Positions 24,832 through 35,782 of a stretch of DNA of 64,000 nt are shown here, piece by piece. Below the pieces are notes generated by a model. That model was not told where the DNA came from, did not search any database, and was given only the letters and a program-made list of their open reading frames with translations. The position numbers and the translations under genes were made by a program. Origin of the DNA: an uncultured delta proteobacterium (GTDB taxonomy: Bacteria; Myxococcota_A; Polyangia; Polyangiales; Polyangiaceae); assembly GCA_963696385.1 (NCBI GenBank), contig CAVOKF010000007.1:64001-128000 (forward strand), written 5' to 3'. Within the stretch, counting starts at the first letter, position 1. Each line of letters begins with the position of its first letter.

Positions 24832-25788
24832 GTGCCCCGCAACGGTCAGCGCCTCGGGTATCGGCGGATCGTCCAGCTCTTGGTCTACCTGGTCATCGTG
24901 CCGACCGTGCTGATCCTGCTTCTGGGGATCGTGCTCATGTTCCTCGGCAACGTCGCGAACCTCCTGTTCGGAGTGCTGACCGTCAGCTTCGTGCTCGCGG
25001 TGGTGACCGGCGTCACGCTGGTGCTCGTGTTCTTACGCCGCGAGGCGAACCTCAGCGAGCTTCAGTCCGATTTCGTCTCGAAGGTCAGCCACGAGCTCCG
25101 AACGCCTCTGACCAGCATTCGCCTGTTCGTCGAGACGCTGGCACGGTCGCGCGGCGATCGCGCCACACAGGACGCGGTGCTCGACGCTCTGGCGGCCGAG
25201 ACCGAGAGGCTGACGCAGCTCATCGAGCGGCTGCTCGACTGGGGCCGCATGGAGGCCGGACGCAAGCAGTTCGACTTGCACGAGGAGCACGTGAAAGACG
25301 TGGTGGACGAAGCGGTCCAGGCGTTCCAGCCCCTGCGCGGTCGCCACCCCGATCTCGACTTCGCCGTCGACGTCGAGCCCGGCTTGCCCACGGTGAACGT
25401 GGACATCGAAGCCATGGTGGACGCGATCGGGAACTTGCTCTCGAACGCGCTCAAATACGGCGGCAACCCTCCCGCCGTTCGCCTCCGAGCCCGCCGGACG
25501 AGCGACGGCGTCGCCCTCGAAGTGAGCGACAACGGCGGCGGAATTCCGCACGGCGAGCACCGCCGCATCTTCGACAAGTTCTACCGCATCGACGATCGGC
25601 TCTCGCGCATGCGGGAAGGCAGCGGTCTCGGCCTGGCCATCGTCAAGCACATCGTGCGAGCCCATCACGGGCGCATCCTGCTCGAGAGCGCGACCGGGAC
25701 GGGATCGACGTTTCGCATCGTGCTGCCGCCGAGCACTCCGCGCGTGCCCTCGGCTTCGACGCCGCCGGTTGCCGCGAAAGGGACCTGA
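24832..25788 (+). CDS. Membrane sensor histidine kinase
   Basis: Two TMs, VSHELRTPL, NLLSNALKY, DNGGG, GSGLGL. Confidence 0.92.
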   Translation: MPRNGQRLGYRRIVQLLVYLVIVPTVLILLLGIVLMFLGNVANLLFGVLTVSFVLAVVTGVTLVLVFLRREANLSELQSDFVSKVSHELRTPLTSIRLFVETLARSRGDRATQDAVLDALAAETERLTQLIERLLDWGRMEAGRKQFDLHEEHVKDVVDEAVQAFQPLRGRHPDLDFAVDVEPGLPTVNVDIEAMVDAIGNLLSNALKYGGNPPAVRLRARRTSDGVALEVSDNGGGIPHGEHRRIFDKFYRIDDRLSRMREGSGLGLAIVKHIVRAHHGRILLESATGTGSTFRIVLPPSTPRVPSASTPPVAAKGT

Positions 25789-26495
25789 TGGCGACCAAGC
25801 CGGGGCCGCGACGACGGGTGCTCGTCGTCGAAGACGATCCGAGCATCGCGCTCGGTCTGCGCATCAACCTCGAGGGGGAAGGATACGAGGTGTCCTTGGC
25901 GGAGGACGGCGAGCGCGCGCTGACCCTTGCCCGCGAAGAGCGGCCCGACCTGGTCATTTTGGACGTGATGCTGCCCAAGATGAACGGCTTGCAGGTGTTG
26001 CAGACGCTCCGTCGAGAAGGACTGCTGATGCCGATCATCATGTTGAGCGCGCGGACCGGCGAGATGGACAAGGTCGCCGGGCTGGAGCTCGGCGCCGAAG
26101 ACTACGTGGCCAAACCGTTCAGCCTCGCCGAGCTGCTCGCCCGCGTTCGCGCCGCGCTTCGCCGAGGACCTCTCACGCCCGAGTCGGCGCCTCGGTCGAT
26201 TCACCATTTCGGGGACATTCACGTCGACGCCGCCGCGCGCACGGTCACCCGTGCCGGCGAGCGCGTCGACATCACCGCGACCGAGTTCGACGTCCTGCTC
26301 TGCCTCATCGAGGCGGCCGGCAAGGCTCTCGGACGCGAGGAGATTTTTTCACGGGTCTGGGGGCCCAATCACCACGGGACGCCGCGCACGATCGACAACT
26401 TCGTCCAGCAACTGCGCGCCAAGCTCGAGCCGGACCCGCAGAAGCCGCGCTACGTGCTCACGGTGCGGGGCATCGGGTATCGGTTCGACGCCTGA
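25788..26495 (+). CDS. OmpR-family response regulator
   Basis: VVEDD, LDVMLP, KPF, winged helix ending LTVRGIGY; overlaps the kinase stop. Confidence 0.93.
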   Translation: MATKPGPRRRVLVVEDDPSIALGLRINLEGEGYEVSLAEDGERALTLAREERPDLVILDVMLPKMNGLQVLQTLRREGLLMPIIMLSARTGEMDKVAGLELGAEDYVAKPFSLAELLARVRAALRRGPLTPESAPRSIHHFGDIHVDAAARTVTRAGERVDITATEFDVLLCLIEAAGKALGREEIFSRVWGPNHHGTPRTIDNFVQQLRAKLEPDPQKPRYVLTVRGIGYRFDA

Positions 26496-26659
26496 TCGGC
26501 CCCGACGGCGAGCGCGAAGCCGCGTGTTCGCGGCGGCGGGCGAGCGACACCCGGTGAGGTTCCCGGTTTTTCTCATCGGCATGCGCGTCAATCGGTGGTG
26601 GAAATCCACCCATGGCTCCGCTTTTCGGGCGCATTCCAAAGGCGGATTCGCTGGCCGAT

Positions 26660-26675
26660 TTAGCTAAGCTAATAT
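26660..26675 (+). promoter_or_regulatory. Putative antitoxin operator and -10 box
   Basis: TTAGCT-A-AGCTAA palindrome (26660-26672) overlapping TAATAT, 6 nt before the ATG. Confidence 0.55.
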
Positions 26676-26681
26676 GAAGTC

Positions 26682-26942
26682 ATGGCGAAGGTCGTCAACA
26701 TGCACGAAGCTAAAAGTACCTTGTCGCACCTCGTCGAACAGGCCGAAGCGGGTGAGGACATCGTGATCGCGCGCGCGGGCAAACCCATTGTGCGGCTCGT
26801 GCCCGTCGCCGCGGCGGCGCGCCGCCGCTTGAGCGCGCCGTGGAAGGGCAAAGTCACTTACTCCGAAGGATGGGACGCGCCGATGACGCCGGAGGAGATC
26901 GCCCTCTGGAACGACGGTCCGGTGTTTCCGCCAGGCCAATGA
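26682..26942 (+). CDS. Phd/YefM-family antitoxin
   Basis: VNMHEAKSTLSHLVE...GEDIVIARAGKPIVRLVP. Confidence 0.92.
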   Translation: MAKVVNMHEAKSTLSHLVEQAEAGEDIVIARAGKPIVRLVPVAAAARRRLSAPWKGKVTYSEGWDAPMTPEEIALWNDGPVFPPGQ

Positions 26943-27060
26943 AGCTCCTGCTGGATACCCATGCGCTCATCTGGGTGTTCGAGGGCAACCGACAGCTTTC
27001 GAAACCGCGCGTCTCGCCGTCGCGGACCCGGCCAACACGATCCTCGTAAGCGTGTATCCG
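26939..27060 (+). pseudogene. vapC: Truncated VapC (PIN) toxin
   Basis: MKLLLDTHALIW overlapping the antitoxin stop; frame breaks and similarity is lost after about 35 codons. Confidence 0.8.
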
Positions 27061-27273
27061 CGCAGGCCTTGCCGAGCTTGACCATGGTGAGGGGCGCACC
27101 CTTACCTCGGAGGAGGTGCAGAGGCTGGCCGAAAGCGGCGAGTGGCCTGAGTGGTGCGACTCGTCAAGCTAACGTCCAGCTTTCTCGCCCACCGCGCTGC
27201 ATGCGGAGTGATTCGCTCTTCCCCGGCGGCAGAAGCTCTCGGCCGCGCGATCGCGGCCCTGAGCCGACACGCT

Positions 27274-28394
27274 CGTGCCGGCTACTTCGCCGATAGGGCC
27301 GAAATACTGCGTTTCACGCGACTCGCCGGTAGTCATGATGAAGCCCGCCGAGACTGGGAGCGCGACGATGTTGCCCTCGGGAGGGCGCAACGCGGGCACG
27401 GGTGTCTGCTGGCGAAGCGCCTGGTGAGGGCGTGCGGCGTTGAAGTAGCGGATGTACTCGGTGACCACGCGGTGCAAGTGGCGGTCGCCAAGCACCAGGA
27501 TGTGGTCGAGGCACTCGCGACGCAGCGAGCCGAGAAAGCGTTCGCAGATGGCGTTCATGTTGGGGGCGCGCACGGCCGTGCGGATCACGCGGATGCCGGT
27601 GGCAAGGGCCAGCGCATCAAGCGCGGTCCCAAACTTGTCGTCTCGGTCGCGAATCAAGAACTTCGGTGCCACGCCGAGGGGGGTCGCGTTGCGAAGCTGC
27701 TGCGCGACCCATGCCTGCGACGGCATGCGCGTCGTTGTGGCGAACACGACGTTGCGCGTGGCCAGTTCGATGAACACGAGCGTGAAGATGGGGCGGAAGA
27801 ACAAGTCGTAGGCTTGCAAGAAATCGCAAGCCCAGACGTTGCAGGCATGGTTTCGCACAAACGTGGACCAGCGCTGCCCTCCAGGCGGATGTGTTCGCGC
27901 GGCGCGCATGTACTTCTGCACCGTGCGCTTGCTGGCTTTGATTCCGAGCTTGAGCAATTCTCCGCGAATCCGCTCGGCCCCCCACAGCGCGTTTTCGCGC
28001 GCCATCGTGCGGATCAGCGCCACGGTCTCGGCCGCGATGCGCAACGTGCACCCGGGCCGACTGCGCCAGCGCCACAGAGCCTTGAAGCCCGCGCGGTGCC
28101 AGCGAAGAAGCGTCTCGGGTTGGACCACTCGCACCACGTTCCTCCACGTCGGCGTGATGCCGGCGAGTGCCACCAGCACGATCCGGTCGAGCCGCGTCAC
28201 GCGCGGTCGGGCGACCGACCGGTGCAGCACGGTGAGTTGGTGTCGGAGCAAGGCGATCTCGGTGAGCAACGACCGTCGCGAGCGAAACAGGTCGACCACT
28301 GCGGCGGCGAGAACGGTCACGATGGCGAACATCGTGCGCGAACATAGCGCTGTCCCCAGCGCATTTTCGGCGGATCGGCGAAGTAGCCAAGACG
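27274..28394 (-). mobile_element. rve/integrase-core IS (IS481-like, tentative), copy 1; transposase 27314-28332 with a frameshift near 27355
   Basis: WACDF, RDRDDKF, NAICERFLGSLRRECLD, RPHQAL; imperfect IRs CGTgccGGCTACTTCGCCGAT (27274-27294) and 28374-28394. Confidence 0.88.
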
Positions 28395-28537
28395 GGGGCT
28401 CTTCCCCGAACAGCGGGCGGCGGATGGTGAGCCAGTCGTCGGCGGACGCGCCGCCGCTCAAGCTACTCGCCGCTTCCGCGTCCACGGCATCTTGCGCCGG
28501 TCTGGGGTCAGGAGCTTTCCTCCAAACCCCAGCATCG

Positions 28538-28984
28538 TCACGCCGCGTGCTTGCGGAGGTACTCCAGCCCGCCCGGCACGTCCCTCAAGACGCGCAAGAG
28601 GACGTCCATCGCCGCCGTCTGGACGTTCCGCCCGGCCTCCCACCGCGAGAGCGTGTTCTGCCCGAGTCGGAGGAGCCGAGCCAGCTCGGACTGCGTGAGG
28701 CCGAACCGCTCGCGGAGGGACCGGATGTCCTCGGCGGTCAGGAGACCGTACTTCTTCCGGTACAAGTCGAGCGCGTGCTCTCGAAGCCGACGTGCGTCAT
28801 CAGCCCGGAGGACCGGGTCGTGACCCTTGGGGCAGGCGAGGTGCGAGGCGTCAGCCACACGGACGTCCTCGCCGTTGACGGGGAAAGCGAGCTTGCCCCG
28901 CTTCTCCTTCATCGGTGTCCCGCACACCGGGCACGCATCCGGCGAGAGCGCTGAGCGTGAGCTACGGGCCGTGGTCTTCTTCAT
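28538..28984 (-). CDS. MqsA-family antitoxin (Zn ribbon + Xre HTH)
   Basis: CPVCG...CPKG, IRSLRERFGLTQSELARLL, LSRWEAG. Confidence 0.88.
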   Translation of the reverse strand: MKKTTARSSRSALSPDACPVCGTPMKEKRGKLAFPVNGEDVRVADASHLACPKGHDPVLRADDARRLREHALDLYRKKYGLLTAEDIRSLRERFGLTQSELARLLRLGQNTLSRWEAGRNVQTAAMDVLLRVLRDVPGGLEYLRKHAA

Positions 28985-29285
28985 CGTCCACCTGCTCGTG
29001 AAAGGAGATGATGATGCACTCGGAGCGGAGCAAAACCTTGATGTAGAGGTGCTCGTCGTCCACGCGCGAGACGAACACGTAGAGCCACTCGCGCGTGCCC
29101 TGAGACCTCAGCCGGCCACGACATTCGCTCGCTCGGAGTCGCCGAAGCACGTCGCAGGCGTCCGCCTCGTCCAGGCCCACTTCGAGCGAGGCAAGCTCCC
29201 GCAGCGCCTTGAGGGTGAACCGGACCCTGCCGCGCGCAGCAAGTTCGTGAATCCGCTTGAGAACAACGGGGAGCCATCGGGGCAT
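28962..29285 (-). CDS. MqsR-like RNase toxin
   Basis: Small basic ORF upstream of and overlapping mqsA; FTLKA, LYIK, IISFH motifs. Confidence 0.78.
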   Translation of the reverse strand: MPRWLPVVLKRIHELAARGRVRFTLKALRELASLEVGLDEADACDVLRRLRASECRGRLRSQGTREWLYVFVSRVDDEHLYIKVLLRSECIIISFHEQVDDEEDHGP

Positions 29286-30166
29286 CGGCGGCGCCTTGGC
29301 CGTATGGTGAAACTTGTCATATGGTGAACGGGCTCGCAAGGGCCGAGCTTTGGGCGCCGAGGCCGAGCCTCAGGCGACCTTCCTTCCAGGTAGAGGGGTG
29401 CTTGCGCCGGTCGAGGGCGGGAGGTACGAGAATCACCAAGGAAATCGGGGGCTCGTCCGAAGTAGAGACCGAGCGGTTCGCCCCCGCGCAACGAAGAAAA
29501 CGCTGGTGTCACGCCAGACCTCCCGCTGCCGGACGATTCGGACCCCGATGGCGAAGGCCCGATACAGCCCGGACGGTCGTTCAGGTTCGGACACGTCGGC
29601 GTATACGAGGATCCAGACGCACACGAGTCCGCGTCGTTGAGTGGCGTGCACTGGGCCGGGGTACCGCCGAGAACCGAATAGACACATACCTGCCGCTGCG
29701 AGCAGGTCTGCGATCCGCACGTGTTCGGCGGCTGCGCGTCCGCCGGGGGAGCGCAGACCCCCATCTCCGCGCAGACGGTGCTCAATGCGCAGAGGCCGCA
29801 GCTTGGATCGCAGCAGTCGAGGCCGGGATCGCACCGCTTGGGACCGCACGCCACTCCGCCGTCCACGACGGCGTTCGGCGGTGCGTCTTCTCCGCCGTCG
29901 GCCGGTGCCCGAGCGTCTCCCTTTTCCGCGTCGGCCGGTGAGGCGTCGTACGGCGCACCGTCGGTCCCCGATTCGCCGTCGGATTCTGTCGAGCCCACGC
30001 TCGTATCACCGCCCTCTGTGGTTCCGCCGTGGGCGTCGTCGGCTGCGCTGCTGGTCGCGTCACCAGGGCCCGCGTCCATCATGTCAGGCCCGGCCGGGGA
30101 GCTGCCGCAGGACGCGGTGAGCGCGACAAGCAGCACGGAGGCGATGAGCGCTTGGCGTGAAAGCAC
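29108..30166 (-). CDS. Cys-rich lipoprotein with Asp/Ala linker; the 3' part beyond about 29540 is probably read-through after truncation
   Basis: Lipobox LTASC, DAG linker, CGPKRC..CC..C modules; the tail overlaps mqsR. Confidence 0.6.
   Translation of the reverse strand: MLSRQALIASVLLVALTASCGSSPAGPDMMDAGPGDATSSAADDAHGGTTEGGDTSVGSTESDGESGTDGAPYDASPADAEKGDARAPADGGEDAPPNAVVDGGVACGPKRCDPGLDCCDPSCGLCALSTVCAEMGVCAPPADAQPPNTCGSQTCSQRQVCVYSVLGGTPAQCTPLNDADSCASGSSYTPTCPNLNDRPGCIGPSPSGSESSGSGRSGVTPAFSSLRGGEPLGLYFGRAPDFLGDSRTSRPRPAQAPLYLEGRSPEARPRRPKLGPCEPVHHMTSFTIRPRRRRCPDGSPLFSSGFTNLLRAAGSGSPSRRCGSLPRSKWAWTRRTPATCFGDSERANVVAG
29301..29329 (-). promoter_or_regulatory. Putative MqsA-type operator
   Basis: Two TTCACCATA boxes (minus strand) just upstream of the toxin start. 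Confidence 0.45.
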
Positions 30167-30789
30167 AACCGACGACCAGCAAGCCGCGGACCAGGCGCGC
30201 CCATTGTGGCTCTCGCAAGACGGGAACTGACCTTACGTGCAAATCCCACGATCGGAATGTCGCGGTTGGCAGCTTGAACGATGTAGCGCGAGCCCCCCGA
30301 CCGACCGACACATGGGTGCATGGACGCAATCGTGATAAAAGTAATGGGTGTGAAACCGCATCCGTTCGATCGAAAGCGAATAGTCGCTCCAAAGCGTATC
30401 GGCCAACGAAGAGACCGGGAAACCGCCGCAGTCACATAAATAATACGCGATTGTGCGACTGCGCCCGTGACGCGTGCGATGAGCGTCGAGGCGTATCGGC
30501 GCAGTTGCTCAATCGTCCACTTGGACGGAGCCGCAGCGACAACGCTTCGGCACGCGATCTGCTCTTTAAAAGCGGGGAACTTGGCTCACGCGCCCGTGCT
30601 CGGAATACACCAATCACATGCCGGTTTCACGGGGCCGAAAAAATTCGCTGTCGGTATTCCCGTCGGCGATCGCGAACGCGCGCCGACGCTCAAGGACCTT
30701 GCTTTGAGCGTGTCCAATGCCCGCCCCTCGCTGGCGTGAGGGGCAGGTCAGACGAGCGTCGGCGAGTGCGCATGGCCAGCAGCACGAGC

Positions 30790-31128
30790 CTAGTACCCCG
30801 ATTCCATGAAACGGAGGGGTGAGACCAGCCGATCCCGTCGGGAATATCGCGGAAAACGACCCTTCCATTCCGCGGAATCGAGCCCCGGAATCTGGGGCGC
30901 GAGCTGCCGCCACGCTCTCGGCCGCCGCGCATACTCGCGCGGCCGGGGACCGTCGCGGTGCGTCGAAAAGGCCACCAGCTCGGCCGCCAATCCCGCCGAA
31001 AGGCGCGCGAGCACGATCTCCGCCGCGCGCGCGGCAACTTGCTCGATATCGAGAGGCGCCCGGCTCGACTCCGCGATCGCCGCCGAGTGAGCACGCCCCG
31101 GCCGACGTCGCATCCGCTGCCGCGTCAT
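30790..31128 (-). CDS. Small hypothetical protein or fragment, possibly mobile-element DNA-binding
   Basis: Protein-like stretch DIEQVAARAAEIVLARL...AFSTH; ends uncertain. Confidence 0.3.
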   Translation of the reverse strand: MTRQRMRRRPGRAHSAAIAESSRAPLDIEQVAARAAEIVLARLSAGLAAELVAFSTHRDGPRPREYARRPRAWRQLAPQIPGLDSAEWKGRFPRYSRRDRLVSPLRFMESGY

Positions 31129-31713
31129 GGCCCACGCCCCGTGGACGGTACCTGGGGACCGTCGGCTTCATCGGAGATCCGTCGACGGTTTGGACGCCCA
31201 GTTCCCCTTGTTCTATCCATCGGAAAGTCTCCAACTCCGACCGGCCGTCGCACCCGCAACAGGGCTGGCGCAGACGTCCGCTTCGCGATCGCGTGGGCGC
31301 CGCAGTTCAAAGGCCTCGCGCTGCGTGTCGCGGCCGTCTCCGCCAGCATCGCGAGGACTCGAGACTCGAAGACAGGACCTGCGGAGGGGCCAGTGCAATG
31401 ATTCCGAGCGCTTTTCACGGTGGACTCCGAATACTGAGATGGCGCGGTCGCACGCGGATGCTTGGCGGTAACACCGGAATGCCCAACGGCGCTGAGCGCC
31501 GATGCGGGGCTGCGAACAAGGCGTTTCGTGCTACGGTCTAGGCAACCGGCGGGCCAGACCCTCAACCGCGGCTAAAGTATTTGAAATGTGTCCTTTCGGA
31601 ATCGAGTTTCGGTCCCAAATTCGGTCAATGATTGACCACTACCGGGACGCCATTGACCAGTTTTCTTCGGCGCGTTGCTCAAATCGGTTCGCCGATTCAG
31701 CGATAACGAACGC

Positions 31714-32381
31714 GCACGGCCGTGCGGATCACCCGGATGCCGGTGGCAAGGGCCAGCGCATCAAGCGCGGTCCCAAACTTGTCGTCTCAGTCGCGAATCA
31801 AGAACCTCGGTGCCACGCCGAGGGGGTCGCGTTGCGAGGCTGCTGCGCGACCCATGCCTGCGACGGCATGCGCGTCGTTGCGGCGAACACGACGTTGCGC
31901 GTTGCCAGTTCGATGAACACGAGCGTGAAGATGGGGCGGAAGAACAAGTCGTAGGCTTGCAAGAAATCGCAAGCCCAGACGTTGCAGGCATGGTTGCGGA
32001 TCAGCGCCACGGTCTCGGCCGCGATGCGCAACGTGCACCCGGGCCGACTGCGCCAGCGCCAGAGAGCCTTGAAGCCCGCGCGGTGCCAGCGAAGAAGCGT
32101 CTCGGGTTGGACCACTCGCAGCACGTTCCTCCACGTCGGCGTGATGCCGGCGAGTGCCACCAGCACGATCCGGTCGAGCCGCGTCACGCGCGGTCGGGCG
32201 ACCGACCGGTGCAGCACGGTGAGTTGGTGTCGGAGCAAGGCGATCTCGGTGAGCAACGACCGTCGCGAGCGAAACAGGTCGACCACTGCGGCGGCGAGAA
32301 CGGTCACGATGGCGAACATCGTGCGCGAACATAGCGCTGTCCCCAGCGCATTTTCGGCGGATCGGCGAAGTAGCCAAGACG
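31714..32381 (-). mobile_element. rve/integrase-core IS copy 2, near-identical to copy 1, internally deleted and 3'-truncated
   Basis: Same left end as copy 1 (ATCGGCGAAGTAGCCAAGACG); 52 codons (TMAREN...WSTFVR) missing; 3' end lost near 31714. Confidence 0.88.
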
Positions 32382-32967
32382 GGTGTCGTGTGCACTGTGC
32401 CGCGTTGGGTCTGTCGCGACGTCGCGATCATTCCGTGGTGCTTTGAGCCTGCGCGAGCGCCTCACGGATAACCCACCGGCATGCTCCATGCTTCGCGACA
32501 CCGCCATGCGCGGTCATCGCCTCGTCTTCTTCTGCGTCTGTATGGCGCTCGTGCGGTGCGGCGGCTCGGGCACCACGGGACGGACGCAAGCCGCTCGCTT
32601 GTCCGAGGCTGGGAGCACGATCATCCCGGCGACATCCGATACGATCGTGGATGGCGGCCCCGGACCAGCGGACAGCAGCCGTGGGAACGTGCCATTCGAC
32701 GGAGCAAGCGCGGTGGCGCCCGTCGACGCTGACAGCGACGCCATCCCGGCCGATGTGCCCGTCGACGCGGATAACGACGGCGCAGATGGCACTTTTGCAT
32801 GCGGCAGCGAGACCTGCCTGCCGAGCCAGTTCTGTTTCCAGCCCTGCACCTGCGGCGGCGCGGCCTCCTCCGCAAGCGCGCAAACGTGTGAAGTGGACCC
32901 CAAATTTCGGACCACCCCTTAAGGTAGTAAAGACGGGCCTGCTCCCCGATGACGAGGAGCAGGATCA

Positions 32968-33261
32968 ATGAAAAATACACGCACGAAGCACACGGCAGAA
33001 TTCAAGGCGAAGGTTGCGCTTGCGGCGATTCGGGAGGAGGCCACGGTCCCGGAGCTGGCGCGTCGATACGGGATTCACCCGACGCAGATCTTCAAGTGGA
33101 AGAAGACGTTCGTGGAAAACGCAGCACGCGTATTCCAATCCGAGGGGGCCAGGAGCGATGGTGGCGAGGAGCGCGAGCGCGAGGCGGAGCTACTCAAGAA
33201 GATTGGCGAGCTCACGGTTGAACGCGATTTTTTATCGCGCGGGCTCGGGCGGCTGCGGTGA
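32968..33261 (+). CDS. IS3 OrfA (HTH)
   Basis: [37 protein letters not shown]. Confidence 0.93.
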   Translation: MKNTRTKHTAEFKAKVALAAIREEATVPELARRYGIHPTQIFKWKKTFVENAARVFQSEGARSDGGEEREREAELLKKIGELTVERDFLSRGLGRLR

Positions 33262-34100
33262 AGGACCGACGCGCGATGGTGGCCCCGGACAGCAAGGTTT
33301 CGGTCCGCCGACAATGCGAGCTTTTGCGCGTATCGCGCTCGGGCCTGTACTACGTGCCCGAGCCAACCGAGCCCGAGGAGCTTGCGCTGATGCGACGGAT
33401 CGACGAGCTCCATCTGCGGTTTCCGTTTTACGGGAGCCGCAAGCTCGCAATCGCGTTGCGAGGCGAAGGCCACGAAGTGAATCGAAAACATATCCAGCGA
33501 CTGATGCGGGTCATGGGGCTGGAGGCCATGGCTCCTCGGGCGCGCACGAGTCGGCCGAGTCAAGAGCACGCGATCTATCCTTACCTCCTTCGCGGCCTCG
33601 AGATCAGCCGCATCAATCAGGTGTGGGCAAGCGACATCACGTACGTGCCGCTGGCGCACGGCTTCGTGTACCTCGTCGCGATCCTGGACTGGTACTCGCG
33701 GCGGGTTCTCGCCTGGCGCCTGTCGAACACGCTCGATCCCGGCTTCTGCGTGGACGCCCTGGAGCAGGCACTTGCCCACTTCGGTGCGCCCGAGATCTTC
33801 AATACCGACCAAGGCGCGCAATTCACGTCCGACGCATTTACGAAGGTGCTTCGGCGACGCGGCATTCGCATAAGCATGGACGGCAAGGGCCGCTGCATCG
33901 ACAACGTGTTCGTCGAGCGGCTTTGGCGATCGGTCAAATACGAGGAGGTGTACCTGCATGCCTACGAAGACGTGCGCGAGGCGCGCGCCGGGATCGGTCG
34001 CTACATGACGTTCTACAACGAAAGCCGCCCGCACCAAGCGCTCGGCTACCAAACACCCAGGGCATTCTTCGACGCACTGTGGTCGGGCAAGGCTGCGTGA
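33258..34100 (+). CDS. IS3 OrfB DDE transposase
   Basis: [43 protein letters not shown] overlap with orfA. Confidence 0.94.
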   Translation: MKDRRAMVAPDSKVSVRRQCELLRVSRSGLYYVPEPTEPEELALMRRIDELHLRFPFYGSRKLAIALRGEGHEVNRKHIQRLMRVMGLEAMAPRARTSRPSQEHAIYPYLLRGLEISRINQVWASDITYVPLAHGFVYLVAILDWYSRRVLAWRLSNTLDPGFCVDALEQALAHFGAPEIFNTDQGAQFTSDAFTKVLRRRGIRISMDGKGRCIDNVFVERLWRSVKYEEVYLHAYEDVREARAGIGRYMTFYNESRPHQALGYQTPRAFFDALWSGKAA

Positions 34101-34741
34101 ATTCTTTCCACCGTCGTCCACAGGGTCGCTCACAACTTGCCAGTCTCCCCCCCGCCCCCCCCCTCAATTGCCACCAGACACGTGGAAGTCTATGTGGACG
34201 ACCGATACGAAATTCACGACGAGAACAACTACGACTTGACTTTAGATATCCCACGAGCGAGAGAAAGAACGAGAGCAGGCCCTACCTTAACTGCCGACCA
34301 GTTTGGTCCGAACGAAGGGGTCCACCTCAGTGCGTCAACCCAGCTCCCACATGCGTGAACGCGATGGCCTGCGACCCTTATGTCCGGCAGGGACGATATT
34401 TCTCTTGCGGGTGTCCGGGATGAAGAACCCGAACTGCCCGACCCAGGGCGCTCGCCGCGGATAGACGCCATGTTGCTGGCGTCGGTGACGGTCGTGGCGA
34501 TACCGCGCCGGGGGAGGCCAGGAAGATGGGAGCGAAGGGGCGGCGCGGTGGCTCGTCGTCGGCACGCTGCGAGGCGAGTAGATGCCAAATCCATCCGCTG
34601 TTTCAGTGAGAACGAACGCCCCAAAGGGATCTTGGACCGAACCGGTACGGCCTCTTTCCCCATAGCGCCTCCCCGAGACTGCCTCCGGAGGCGCCCGGTC
34701 CGGCGCACCGGCTCCGTCCAAGTGGACGATTGAGCAACTGC

Positions 34742-35782
34742 CAAGCGTGCCGTCCTTCGGGCGTCGCGCGCGGATTCATCGCCGACCTGACCCGCTCCCG
34801 CGCCGAGCTCATCGCCGAGAACGCGCTCCTTCGGCAGCAGCTCATCGTCGCCTCGCGCGCCGTCAAACGCCCGGCCTTTCGCGTCCACGAGCGAGGCCTG
34901 CTCGTGCTGCACGCGAGCCTCTATCGCGGGTGGCGCCAGGCCCTGCTCCTGGTCAAGCCCGAGACGGTCCTGCGATGGCACAGGGCAGGATTCCGAGTGT
35001 TCTGGCGGCGGGCATCCCGCCAGCACGGTCCACGCGAACCGCGCGTCGCGCCGGAGGTTGTCGCCCTCATCCACCGCATGGCGACCGACAACCGGCTCTG
35101 GGGAGCCGAGCGGATTCGAGGCGAGCTCTTGAAGCTCGGCGTCCGCATCGCGAAGCGCACAGTTCAACGGTATATGCGAGGCGGCGCGGGGCCCGTCGCG
35201 CCTCGCCCCGGACAACGCTGGCGGACCTTGCTGCGAAACCACACCGTCTGGGCGTGCGACTTCCTGCAGACCTACGACATCTGGTTCCGTCCCATCTACG
35301 CCTTCTTCATCGTGGACGTGAACGCCAAGCGCGTCGTGCAGGTGTCGGTGACGCGCGCTCCCACGCAAGCGTGGACTGCGCAGCAGATTCGCAACGCGAC
35401 GCCCTTCGGGCACGCGCCGCAGTTCATCATCCGCGATCGCGACGACAAGTTCGGAGCCGTCTTCGACCGCGTCGCCGCGGGCGTCGGGACGCGCGTCCTG
35501 CACACCGCGGTCCGGGCGCCCCTGATGAATGCGGTGTGCGAACGCTTCTTGGGTAGCGTCCGCCGCGAGTGCCTCGACCACGTGATCATCCTGTCGGAGC
35601 GGCACCTGCGGTATGTCCTCGCCGAGTATGCCCTGAGCTACTTCAACCCGGCTCGGCCTCACCAGGGCATCGGCCAGCAGGTTCCGGTCCACACGGAACG
35701 CTCCCGAGCCAAGTTTGCTGGCCCGGTCGAGGCCATCCCCGTGCTCGGCGGCCTTCATCATGACTACCGCGCCGCTGCCTGA
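34742..35782 (+). CDS. Integrase-core transposase of copy 3 (5' end displaced)
   Basis: AENALLRQQL, WGAERIRGEL, WACDF, RRECLDH, VLGGLHHDYRAAA. Confidence 0.88.
   Translation, partial: QACRPSGVARGFIADLTRSRAELIAENALLRQQLIVASRAVKRPAFRVHERGLLVLHASLYRGWRQALLLVKPETVLRWHRAGFRVFWRRASRQHGPREPRVAPEVVALIHRMATDNRLWGAERIRGELLKLGVRIAKRTVQRYMRGGAGPVAPRPGQRWRTLLRNHTVWACDFLQTYDIWFRPIYAFFIVDVNAKRVVQVSVTRAPTQAWTAQQIRNATPFGHAPQFIIRDRDDKFGAVFDRVAAGVGTRVLHTAVRAPLMNAVCERFLGSVRRECLDHVIILSERHLRYVLAEYALSYFNPARPHQGIGQQVPVHTERSRAKFAGPVEAIPVLGGLHHDYRAAA

Larger units (their letters stand above)
32889..34329 (+). mobile_element. IS3-family insertion sequence, apparently intact
   Basis: TG...CA ends; IRL TGAAGTGGACCCCAAATTTCGGACCA vs IRR(rc) TGAGGTGGACCCCTTCGTTCGGACCA; 3-bp target duplication GTG (32886-32888, 34330-34332). 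Confidence 0.95.
32506..34423 (+). pseudogene. Cys-rich lipoprotein (157 aa when rejoined) interrupted by IS3
   Basis: MRGHRLVFFCVCMALVRC...SAQT|CVNPAPTC...SCGCPG* after removing the IS and one GTG copy. Confidence 0.85.
30501..34741. mobile_element. Non-autonomous element bounded by perfect 33-bp terminal inverted repeats
   Basis: GCAGTTGCTCAATCGTCCACTTGGACGGAGCCG at 30501-30533 and its exact reverse complement at 34709-34741. Confidence 0.75.

Noticed and set aside
31620..31643. TTGACCACTACC as a second IS1-like end
   Set aside because: The match is short and no IS1 transposase sequence is adjacent.
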